Positions 20,089 through 28,179 of a DNA stretch of 64,000 nt are shown here, in pieces. Position numbers and translations under genes: made by a program. Origin of the DNA: Chloroflexota bacterium (lineage in GTDB: Bacteria; Chloroflexota; Anaerolineae; Anaerolineales; UBA11858); assembly GCA_043818215.1 (NCBI GenBank), contig JBDRGC010000127.1, positions 12,832 through 76,831 on the forward strand, given 5' to 3'. Each line of letters starts with the position of its first letter. The stretch's first letter is position 1. The notes under the pieces were generated by a model. It made no database searches. It was not told the DNA's origin and saw only the letters and a list, made by a program, of their open reading frames with translations.

Positions 20089-20479
20089 CCCCACTGATTG
20101 GCTTTATTTTGCTCGTGAAGATCTTCGTGTGGCAGAATTGACGCTATCGAATGAGATTTACAACCAGGTATGTTTCCACTCTCAACAATGTTGTGAGAAG
20201 GCTCTCAAAGCCTGGCTTGCTCATCAAGGTATTGAATCGCCGAGAAAACATCAATTGAGTGTGCTATTGGCCCTTTCGACGATTGATATTTTTGCAGAGT
20301 TAGGTGGGGATATCGTTCGTCTTGATCGTTTTTACATTCCCACTCGCTATCCTGACGTGCTGGCAGGTTCACTTCCTGAGGGACTTCCAAATAAAGCAAA
20401 TGCCGAGGAAGCTATTGATACTGCTCGCAAAGTTCTCCACCGCGTCGAACAACATATTTCCACCCAACCCTCCCGTTGA
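20081..20479 (+). CDS. HEPN-domain toxin (copy B, diverged)
   Basis: FAREDLRVAE...FHSQQCCEKALKA and IPTRYPD motifs. The last ~19 residues are nearly identical to copy A. Confidence 0.75.
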   Translation: MGSPTDWLYFAREDLRVAELTLSNEIYNQVCFHSQQCCEKALKAWLAHQGIESPRKHQLSVLLALSTIDIFAELGGDIVRLDRFYIPTRYPDVLAGSLPEGLPNKANAEEAIDTARKVLHRVEQHISTQPSR

Positions 20480-21405
20480 TTCATCTCCCCTCACCTCTCT
20501 CCCCTCTTCCCTCTCCAAATATCATTGCCATCATTCAGGCTCGCATGGACTCATCACGCTTGCCGGGAAAAGTGCTGCTCGATATCGGCGGTCGTCCGAT
20601 GCTCCAGTGGGTCGTCGAGCGCACCCGCCGCGCCAAAACCGTGGACGAAGTCATCGTCGCCACCACCACCGACCCATCCGACGATGCCGTAGCCCAATTT
20701 TGCGAGGCCAAAGGTTACCCCGTCACCCGCGGCAGCATCCACGATGTGCTGGATCGCTACTACCAGACCGCCCGGCAATTCAAAGCCGACGTCATCGTGC
20801 GCATCACTGCCGATTGTCCGCTGATTGACCCCGCGCTGGTGGACGGGACGGTGTTCTCGTTATTTGAGATTGGAGATTGGAGATTGAAAGCCGAATCTCC
20901 AATCTCAAATCTCAAATCCCCGATTTTTGACTTCGTCGCCAACCGCCTCCCGCCTCCCTGGGGACGCACCTACCCCATCGGCCTCGACACCGAAGTTTTT
21001 ACATTCGATGCTCTGGAACGTGCCTGGAAGCGAGCTATCGCCAGACACCACCGCGAACATGTCACCCCCTATTTTTACGAAGACACTCCTGTCGATCATT
21101 TGAAATTCAGTGTGCAGGGATCGGAATTTTCCAGCGCCATGACACTTGATGGACTCCACATCGCCTTGCTCCACCACGACCCCGACTACGGCCGCCTGCG
21201 CTGGACGGTGGACACCCCCGCGGATTTGGAACTGGTGCGCGCTATTGTGGCCCATTTCGATAGCCGCGACGACTTCACCTGGCAGGATGTGCTGGCTATC
21301 TTCGAGCGCGAGCCGGAACTGGCGCAAATCAACGCCAGCGTGCGGCACAAGACACACTTGGATGTGGACGATAGGTCAGTAAATCAGGAAGCAGTAAATC
21401 AGTAA
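20476..21405 (+). CDS. cytidylyltransferase-domain protein (SpsF/PseF-like CMP-sugar synthetase family)
   Basis: IIQARMDSSRLPGKVLLDIGGRPML is the N-terminus typical of the SpsF/COG1861 family. The start codon is uncertain (TTG at 20476). It contains an in-frame array at 20866-20919, and its tail (NQEAVNQ) is array-encoded. Confidence 0.7.
   Translation: MIHLPSPLSPLPSPNIIAIIQARMDSSRLPGKVLLDIGGRPMLQWVVERTRRAKTVDEVIVATTTDPSDDAVAQFCEAKGYPVTRGSIHDVLDRYYQTARQFKADVIVRITADCPLIDPALVDGTVFSLFEIGDWRLKAESPISNLKSPIFDFVANRLPPPWGRTYPIGLDTEVFTFDALERAWKRAIARHHREHVTPYFYEDTPVDHLKFSVQGSEFSSAMTLDGLHIALLHHDPDYGRLRWTVDTPADLELVRAIVAHFDSRDDFTWQDVLAIFEREPELAQINASVRHKTHLDVDDRSVNQEAVNQ
20866..20919. repeat. in-CDS inverted heptamer array (GAGATTG x3 / AATCTCC-AATCTCA)
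   Basis: It encodes EIGDWRLKAESPISNLKS inside the cytidylyltransferase. Confidence 0.8.
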
Positions 21406-21588
21406 ATCAGGAAACCAGGAAACCAGGAATCAGTAGATCAGGATGCCAGGGAAGACTGATTTACTGATCTACTGATCTACTGATCTACTGATCTACTGAT
21501 TTACTGATCTACTGATTTACTGATCTACTGATCTACTGATTTACTGATTTACTGATCTACTGATCTACTGATCTACTGATCTACTAAC
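21376..21588. repeat. octamer arrays with inverted arms (CAGTAAAT/CAGGAAAC then CTACTGAT/TTACTGAT x~18)
   Basis: Read directly. It spans the stop of the upstream CDS and ends 3 nt before the next ATG. Confidence 0.9.
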
Positions 21589-21591
21589 CTC

Positions 21592-22551
21592 ATGCCCTCC
21601 CTCACCATCTTCACCGCCCCCAAACCATTCACCGACCCGCATATCAACATCATCCAGCGCAATGCCATCCAATCGTTGCTGCATTTGAATGATAGTGTTG
21701 CTCCAGGCGAGTCCGTGACTCGCCGGCCTGGGCACGCCCCCGATCACGGATCGGCTGGGAGCAACCCGGTGCAAGTTATTCTGGTTGGCGATGAAGACGG
21801 TCTGGCTGAGACCGCGGCGGAATTTGCCGTGTTGCATCTGCCAGATGTGGCGCGCAACGAATGGGGCACGCCGTTGGTCAGCTCGATTTTTGCCCTGGCG
21901 CGTGAGGCCAGTGAGGGACCGCTGCTGGCTTATGTCAACGCCGATATTTTGCTGAGGCCCGATTTTGTGGAGACAGCCCGCACAGTAGCCTCTCAGGTCG
22001 AGAAATTTCTGGTGGTGGGGCAGCGCTGGGATCTGGCTGTCACGCAGGACTTGGCCTTCACCCCAAACTGGGATCAGCGGCTCCGGGTGGAGGTTCAGTC
22101 CCGAGGGGAATTGCACGCCCCTGCGGGCAGCGATTATTTCATCTTCCCCCGGTCAATTTTCACAGATATACCCGATTTCGCCATCGGCCGCGCTGGCTGG
22201 GATAATTGGATGATCTATTGCGCTCTGCAAAACCGCTGGCCGGTGGTGGATGCCACCGCAGCGTTGATGATCGTGCATCAAAACCACGATTACAGTCATC
22301 TGCCCGGCGGCGTGGCTCACTACGATCTCGAAGAGACGCAGATCAATGCTTCCCTGGGGGGCGGGATGCGCAATATGTACATGACTCTGGACGCCAGCCA
22401 TGAATTTGTGGGGGGACGGGTGCGGCGGGCGCGCCCCAGCCGGGCACGTATCCTGCGGAGGTTAGAGCGGTGGATGTACCCAGTTTTGCGCACAGGCATA
22501 CGCTGGACTTTCACCCGTTACCTGCGGCGTTGGCGTCGCAAAGTGATGTGA
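21592..22551 (+). CDS. hypothetical protein, possibly GT-A-like glycosyltransferase
   Basis: A 319-aa ORF with good coding character. Only weak resemblance (SDYFIFPRS...GRAGWDNW) to glycosyltransferase-like proteins. Confidence 0.3.
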   Translation: MPSLTIFTAPKPFTDPHINIIQRNAIQSLLHLNDSVAPGESVTRRPGHAPDHGSAGSNPVQVILVGDEDGLAETAAEFAVLHLPDVARNEWGTPLVSSIFALAREASEGPLLAYVNADILLRPDFVETARTVASQVEKFLVVGQRWDLAVTQDLAFTPNWDQRLRVEVQSRGELHAPAGSDYFIFPRSIFTDIPDFAIGRAGWDNWMIYCALQNRWPVVDATAALMIVHQNHDYSHLPGGVAHYDLEETQINASLGGGMRNMYMTLDASHEFVGGRVRRARPSRARILRRLERWMYPVLRTGIRWTFTRYLRRWRRKVM

Positions 22552-22555
22552 ACTG

Positions 22556-23455
22556 ATGCCTGAAATTGTGAAGTGTTGCCCCCTGTGTGGCAGCCAACTG
22601 AGCCGCTTCTTCGACCGGCGGGAATTCCGCGGTCACGAAGTGGTCAACCGGATTTGCGGAAACTGTGGGCTGGTGTACCAATCCCCGCGCATGATAGCCG
22701 CGGAACTGGATGATTTCTACGCCCGCGAGTACCGACAGGTTTATCAGGGGGAGGCTGGCCCGACCCCCAAGGACTTATTCGTCCAAAGTGGGCGTGCGGA
22801 TGCGTTGCTGAGGTTGGTGGGTGATTCCATTAATGAGGTGAATCGCCACCTTGACATTGGCTGCTCCGCCGGAGTGCTGCTGGCTCGCTTCCGAGAGCGC
22901 TACCACTGCGATGTGGCCGGCGTGGAACCCGGGGCGGCATACCGCTCCTATGCCCAGGCGCAGGGACTGTCGGTTTACCCCGATCTCGCCGACATGCAGG
23001 CTGCCGGCGGAGCTTGTTTCGACCTCGTCAGTATGGCGCATGTTTTAGAGCATATCCCGGCCCCGGTTGAATATCTGGCGGATTTGCGCGCAGATATTTT
23101 GACCCCCGATGGCTGGCTGCTGATCGAGGTGCCTAACCTGTACTGTCATGACAGCTTTGAGATCGCCCACACAACATCTTTCAGCGGGCATACGCTGCGC
23201 CAGACTATCGAAAAGGCTGGTCTCGAGGTTGTCAAACTGAAAAAACACGGTCTGCCGCGCTCGGAGTTACTGCCCTTGTATTTGACGGTGCTGGCGCGGC
23301 CCCGTAGAGTGGCTTTCGAAGTTGATCTACAGCGTGAGCACAGCGTGGCTCTCAAACGACGCATTGGCATGTTCTGGCGGCGCGTGGTGCAGAAACTATT
23401 TCCCCGCCGGGCGTGGATACCGCTGAAGAAAATGGAGAACAGAGACACACGATGA
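22556..23455 (+). CDS. class I SAM-dependent methyltransferase with N-terminal Cys4 zinc ribbon
   Basis: CPLCGS...CGNCG ribbon and motif I LDIGCSAGVLL. Confidence 0.7.
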   Translation: MPEIVKCCPLCGSQLSRFFDRREFRGHEVVNRICGNCGLVYQSPRMIAAELDDFYAREYRQVYQGEAGPTPKDLFVQSGRADALLRLVGDSINEVNRHLDIGCSAGVLLARFRERYHCDVAGVEPGAAYRSYAQAQGLSVYPDLADMQAAGGACFDLVSMAHVLEHIPAPVEYLADLRADILTPDGWLLIEVPNLYCHDSFEIAHTTSFSGHTLRQTIEKAGLEVVKLKKHGLPRSELLPLYLTVLARPRRVAFEVDLQREHSVALKRRIGMFWRRVVQKLFPRRAWIPLKKMENRDTR

Positions 23456-24369
23456 ACAAAACGATAAAATTGTATTGGCTCTTGGGTTTACTGGCGTTTA
23501 TAACTGGCTGTGTTCCCCAATCGACCGCTACTCCGGTGCCTGTCGCCGAAGCTGCTACGGCAACGCAGAAAACTCCCACGCAGACGAATACCCCGCCGCC
23601 GCCGACTTCCACACCAACTTTGCCGCCCTCTGCCACCCCCACCCCGCCGCCGACGAAAACTCCCACCAGCACACCGTCTCCCACAGCGACAGAAGAACCC
23701 GCCGCCCTGACAATGGATCAAAACGCGATCTGCCGGTCTGGGCCGGGGACAGTGTATGATGTGGTGACTTATTTGGTCGAGGGTGCGCAGGCTGATGTGG
23801 AAGGCCGGATAGAAGACGATTCCTGGTGGCTGATCCAACCACCGGAAGCCGAAGCGGCCTGTTGGGTGTCCGCAGAGATTGTTTCTGTGCGGGGGGATCT
23901 CGAAGGCTTACCTGTTTTGACTCCCCCGCCGCTGCCGACTCTGTCACCTACGCCTACGCTCACGTCGGCGGGCGTATACTATATTTTGATCGCTGAGAAT
24001 ACCGGAGGCCCATTGGGATGTGGCGACGGCTTAATCAAGTTTTACCCAGGGATACTAAGTCATGGGGGGTTTGAGGATGATATCAAAACTGCCCTGAATG
24101 CGTTGTTTTCCAATCACAGCGAATACTACAACGGATTGTATAATCCGCTTTATAAATCGGATTTGCGTGCCAAAAGTGTTGAATTGGATGCTTCGAATAC
24201 CCCTGTGATCCAACTGGGTGGTACCTTTGTAAAACCGAAAGATGAATGCGAAAGCAAACGTATGCATGCCCAAGTTTGGTATACGGTGGCTCAATTTTCG
24301 TCTAAGCGAGCCATAATTTTTCTTAATAATGCCCTGCTTGGCGATTTGATGGTAGTGTCAAATAAATAA
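23452..24369 (+). CDS. lipoprotein with Pro/Thr-rich linker and SH3b-like domain
   Basis: Lipobox LAFITGC, a long PT linker and an SH3-like segment (AICRSGPGTVYDVV...DDSWWLI). ATGA overlap with the upstream gene. Confidence 0.55.
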   Translation: MNKTIKLYWLLGLLAFITGCVPQSTATPVPVAEAATATQKTPTQTNTPPPPTSTPTLPPSATPTPPPTKTPTSTPSPTATEEPAALTMDQNAICRSGPGTVYDVVTYLVEGAQADVEGRIEDDSWWLIQPPEAEAACWVSAEIVSVRGDLEGLPVLTPPPLPTLSPTPTLTSAGVYYILIAENTGGPLGCGDGLIKFYPGILSHGGFEDDIKTALNALFSNHSEYYNGLYNPLYKSDLRAKSVELDASNTPVIQLGGTFVKPKDECESKRMHAQVWYTVAQFSSKRAIIFLNNALLGDLMVVSNK

Positions 24370-24373
24370 GGTG

Positions 24374-24413
24374 CAAGGTGCGACGCACTTAGCAGAAAGT
24401 GCGTCGCACCTTG
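24374..24413. other. perfect 16-bp stem hairpin containing the palindromic core GTGCGACGCAC
   Basis: caaggtgcgacgcact (24374-24389), an 8-nt loop, then agtgcgtcgcaccttg (24398-24413). It lies between the lipoprotein stop and the GT2 start. Confidence 0.85.
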
Positions 24414-24424
24414 ATAAATCTGAT

Positions 24425-25384
24425 ATGCGCATCGGTCAAAATCCTGCCAAGTCTATAAAACACGTTGTCCAGCCGCAGCAAGTGACGGTGGCGGTGGTCA
24501 CGTATATTCCGTTCCTGAGTGGGTATTATGCCCAAAGTCTGGATGTGCTCAAGGTATGTCTGAACAGCATCTGGGAGCACACCGACCTGCCTTACGATTT
24601 GATGGTCTTCGACAACGGCAGTTGCCCCGAAGTGCGGGATTATCTCTGCGAGGCCCGCGACCGGGGCCGGATCCAATACCTGGTGCTCTCTGAGAAAAAT
24701 ATTGGCAAAGGCGGGGCCTGGAATTTCATCTTTGGGGCTGCTCCGGGCGAGTACATTGCCTACGCTGATAGCGACGTGTATTTCTATCCCGGCTGGCTGG
24801 CTCCGCAACTCGAAGTCTTGGAGACCTTCCCCGAGACCGGGATGGTGACTGGCATGCCAATGTGGACGCCCTCGGAATTTTCGACTGCTACCGTCCGGTG
24901 GGCGGAGGCGAATCCTGAGGTGCAGTTGGAGCGGGGCAAATTCCTGGCCTGGGAAGATTACTGGCGTCATGCTCGCAGCCTGGGTGCTGACGAAACCAAA
25001 GCCCGCACCCACTTTGACACCTGTGAGGATATTGTTGTCATCCGCGATGGGAAGCGTTATTTCGTCGGGGCGGCGCATTTTCAGTTTGTGGCCCGCAAAA
25101 GCGCGCTGCAGAGCGTGCTGCCCATCCCCTCGCAGCGACCTATGGGTCAGGTGCGCTTGCTGGATATTGCCCTCAACGAAGCTGGATATTTGCGCTTCGC
25201 AACGCCCAAATGGTGGGTTCGACATATCGGCAACACCTTGGGGGCTGAGTTCGCTTCCTCGGGAACGGAACCCGTCATCAGGTCAGCGCGACGCGGTTCC
25301 CGCGGGATATGGGGAATCAAATTCGTTCGCGGCCTCGTCAATTGGTTGTACCACCGCACGTTTGAAATCCTGTATCGAGATTGA
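24425..25384 (+). CDS. glycosyltransferase family 2
   Basis: VAVVTYIPF start, FDNGSC and ADSDVYF (DxD-like) motifs. ATG at 24425. Confidence 0.7.
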   Translation: MRIGQNPAKSIKHVVQPQQVTVAVVTYIPFLSGYYAQSLDVLKVCLNSIWEHTDLPYDLMVFDNGSCPEVRDYLCEARDRGRIQYLVLSEKNIGKGGAWNFIFGAAPGEYIAYADSDVYFYPGWLAPQLEVLETFPETGMVTGMPMWTPSEFSTATVRWAEANPEVQLERGKFLAWEDYWRHARSLGADETKARTHFDTCEDIVVIRDGKRYFVGAAHFQFVARKSALQSVLPIPSQRPMGQVRLLDIALNEAGYLRFATPKWWVRHIGNTLGAEFASSGTEPVIRSARRGSRGIWGIKFVRGLVNWLYHRTFEILYRD

Positions 25385-25434
25385 AATTCCTGCCCCTGAT
25401 GCCTCCCCCCGATAATTCCCGGAGAGCCAAAAAC

Positions 25435-26937
25435 ATGAAACGAATTTTTATTTGCGCCGATCACGGTCTGGCGACGGTTTATTTTTTGCAGAGTGATATA
25501 GTTTCCACTTTGTTAGCTGCAGGAGTCGAAGTTATTCTGCTCACAGATGAGGCTTTGCAGGCCCAAATTCAGGCGCGATTCGGCCAACCGGGTTTAACTG
25601 TCGAAGGGCTGCGTCTGGATCAGGCGCGCGACTACGAGCGCACGGTCAACCCATCTTTGCAATGGTGGCTGCATTTCCTGCGCCGCGCTGGGGCATCTAA
25701 TCGTATTAACCTGGAAGCCGTGAACGGTTTTATCAGTCAGGTGGAAGACGAAGCTGAGAGAAAAAGAAAACTCTTATTTCCTGTGATGAAATTGGTGGTC
25801 GGTTTCCTACGTACCTCCCGGCTGGCTCGCCGGGCGCTCGGACGCTATCAAAACCGCTTCACTCCCCAAATATATACGGATCTGTTCGAAAAGTACCAGC
25901 CAGATTTGGTCGTAGCCAGCACACCGGGTTGGCGCTTGGATCGATATCTTCTGCGGGAGGCAGCCGCCCGCGGTGTGACCACTGCCGCCGTGATCGTGGG
26001 GTGGGATAATTCCAGCAGTTACAGCTTGCCAGGGGCCAGCGTGGACTGGATTTCGTGTTGGTCTGAACTCCAGAAGGACGAACTCACTCGCGGCGCTGAC
26101 TGGTCTCCCGCGCGGGTCAATATTGGGGGCGTCCCGGCTTACGATAGATATTTTCGCCGGGAGTGGCTCATGCCGCGCCATGAATATTTCCAGTTGCATG
26201 GCCTGGATCCAAATCGCAGGTTGATTTCTTATGCCAGCAGTTTCGTGACCTTCTCGCCCAATATCCAAAACGTGGAAGCTATAGCACATTTAGTTTCGTC
26301 GAATCAGTTATCCAGGCCTGCGCAATTGTTGATTCGCTTGCATCCTACGCATTTCATGGACACCCCACGCTTCGCCGCCGAGAGAGAGGCTATTCGGGCA
26401 CTGGCGAAAGAGCTGCCCCATGTTCATGTCGTCGAGCCGGTGCCCCTGGGCGAGGGGGGCATGAGTTACTATTCGGGGGAAGATATGCCCGAGAAATCAT
26501 CGATGATGGCGTATTCGGATGTGATGGTGACAGTCTACTCGACGATGGTGGTGGAAGCATCCATCCACGGGACGCCTGTTGTGAGCTTGTGTATTGACTC
26601 ACCGGAGGGCTGGCCGGGGAAATTCACTTTGCCGTTGACTCAAATAAGTGGATGGCCTACTCATTTGCGCTTCAGGGAATCGGGCGCTGGATGCGAGGCC
26701 CTGAACGAGGTTGACCTGCGAGCAGCGCTAAACCGCTATTTGGAGAATCCCTCCGCAAACCAGCAAGCCAGAAATGATTTCATTGCCCGCGAATGCACTT
26801 ACGCGGATGGCAGCGCAGGCAAGCACACCGCAGCTTATTTGCTTTCTCTTTTGGATAGGAAAGGGCGCATCTACGACTTGGGGGAGGAGACAGAAACAAC
26901 CACTGATTTCACAGATTGCACGGATAAAAGGCATTAA
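25435..26937 (+). CDS. large GT-B-like protein of unknown specificity
   Basis: 500 aa. The C-terminal half (LIRLHPTH...DVMVTVYSTMVVEASIHGTPVV) has a GT-B / TagF-like flavour. Tentative. Confidence 0.35.
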   Translation: MKRIFICADHGLATVYFLQSDIVSTLLAAGVEVILLTDEALQAQIQARFGQPGLTVEGLRLDQARDYERTVNPSLQWWLHFLRRAGASNRINLEAVNGFISQVEDEAERKRKLLFPVMKLVVGFLRTSRLARRALGRYQNRFTPQIYTDLFEKYQPDLVVASTPGWRLDRYLLREAAARGVTTAAVIVGWDNSSSYSLPGASVDWISCWSELQKDELTRGADWSPARVNIGGVPAYDRYFRREWLMPRHEYFQLHGLDPNRRLISYASSFVTFSPNIQNVEAIAHLVSSNQLSRPAQLLIRLHPTHFMDTPRFAAEREAIRALAKELPHVHVVEPVPLGEGGMSYYSGEDMPEKSSMMAYSDVMVTVYSTMVVEASIHGTPVVSLCIDSPEGWPGKFTLPLTQISGWPTHLRFRESGAGCEALNEVDLRAALNRYLENPSANQQARNDFIARECTYADGSAGKHTAAYLLSLLDRKGRIYDLGEETETTTDFTDCTDKRH

Positions 26938-27004
26938 AAATCAGTGAAATCGGTGAAATCCGTGGTTAAATAGGTCTGGAAAGTAGCTCTCCCCCAACTT
27001 GTAA

Positions 27005-28051
27005 ATGCGCCCGATAGGAAACATGATAAACAAAATCACTAGCCGATTGAAGCTGACCGCCCGAGTGTTTCTTACCGGGCAAATTCTCTCGAATCCGAGA
27101 GGGGAAATTCCCTCCATCACCCCCGAAGAGGTTGCCGAGGCCCGCGAATTCTTCCCCCTCGACAAATTCTTCATCTTCGGCCACGCCCGCTCCGGCACCA
27201 CTCTGCTCACTCGCCTGATCCGCCTGCATCCCGACGTGCATTGCAACTACCAGGGGCATTTCTTCACCCGCCAGCCCACGCTGGAGGGGTTGGTACACAG
27301 CGCCGAGATCGAAGCCTGGCTCACCCGCCGCAGCAATCGCTGGAACCGCGGGCGTGATCTGTCACCCGTGGTGCTGCGTGCCGCGGTGGACTTCATCATG
27401 GAGCGCGAAGCCCGTCCGCTGGGGGCGCGAGTGGTGGGCGATAAAAGCCCCAACAGCCTGCTGAACGGCGAGGCCGTGCGGCTGATGCACAAAGTCTACC
27501 CCGATGGTAAGCTCATCTTTATCGTGCGCGACGGGCGTGACGCAGCCGTTTCGCATCGTTTCCAGACATTTATCGACGCCACCCAACACCTGACAAAAGA
27601 AGACTGGACTATCCGGGAGGCCTTCGAGCGTGACCCGGAGCCGTTCCTGCGTGGCGAACGCTCGATTTTCACCGGGTCGGGCATTCGCACAGCCGCCGAG
27701 GGCTGGGTGCGCAACGTCACCGAGACCGACGAACTTGGCAGGCAGATTTTCGGCCAGCAATACATCTCCCTGCGCTACGAAGACCTGCTCTCCCAACCCT
27801 GGGAGCAGATGGCGCGCTTGTGGCATTTCCTCGACGTGGATACCGAGTTACCCGATTTGCCCGAAACCCTGCGATCCGAACTCACCAGCAACCCCGATAG
27901 GGACTGGCAGCGGCAGAAAGCCGGCGAGTTGGTCGAACCGCTGCAAAAGGGCAAATCCGGCTCCTGGCGGAATTTGTTTGCCAGACGGGATAAGGCGGTG
28001 TTCAATGAGATTGCGGGAGATGTGCTCACTCATTGGGGTTATGGTGACTAG
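27005..28051 (+). CDS. sulfotransferase-family protein
   Basis: 5'-PSB loop GHARSGTTLL and 3'-PB motif IVRDGRDAAVS, characteristic of PAPS-dependent sulfotransferases. Confidence 0.8.
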   Translation: MRPIGNMINKITSRLKLTARVFLTGQILSNPRGEIPSITPEEVAEAREFFPLDKFFIFGHARSGTTLLTRLIRLHPDVHCNYQGHFFTRQPTLEGLVHSAEIEAWLTRRSNRWNRGRDLSPVVLRAAVDFIMEREARPLGARVVGDKSPNSLLNGEAVRLMHKVYPDGKLIFIVRDGRDAAVSHRFQTFIDATQHLTKEDWTIREAFERDPEPFLRGERSIFTGSGIRTAAEGWVRNVTETDELGRQIFGQQYISLRYEDLLSQPWEQMARLWHFLDVDTELPDLPETLRSELTSNPDRDWQRQKAGELVEPLQKGKSGSWRNLFARRDKAVFNEIAGDVLTHWGYGD

Positions 28052-28172
28052 GGATTAGGAACCAGGAAACCAGGAAACCAGGAAATCAGGAAACCAGGAA
28101 ACCAGGAAATACCGCCCCCTGGTCTACTGATTCCTGATTTACTGATCTACTGATCTACTGTTCTACTGATAC
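28049..28172. repeat. octamer arrays with inverted arms (CAGGAAAC then CTACTGAT)
   Basis: Read directly, between the sulfotransferase and oxidoreductase genes. Confidence 0.9.
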
Positions 28173-28179
28173 CTATACT

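Noticed and set aside
23475-23947. Several overlapping ORFs in both strands across the lipoprotein's Pro/Thr linker
   Set aside because: They are generated by the GC-rich, stop-poor PT-linker sequence. Only the 23452..24369 frame has a lipobox and folded domains.
24389-25225. 278-aa minus-strand ORF opposite the GT2 gene
   Set aside because: Antisense shadow ORF. The + strand has GT2 motifs and fits the operon orientation.
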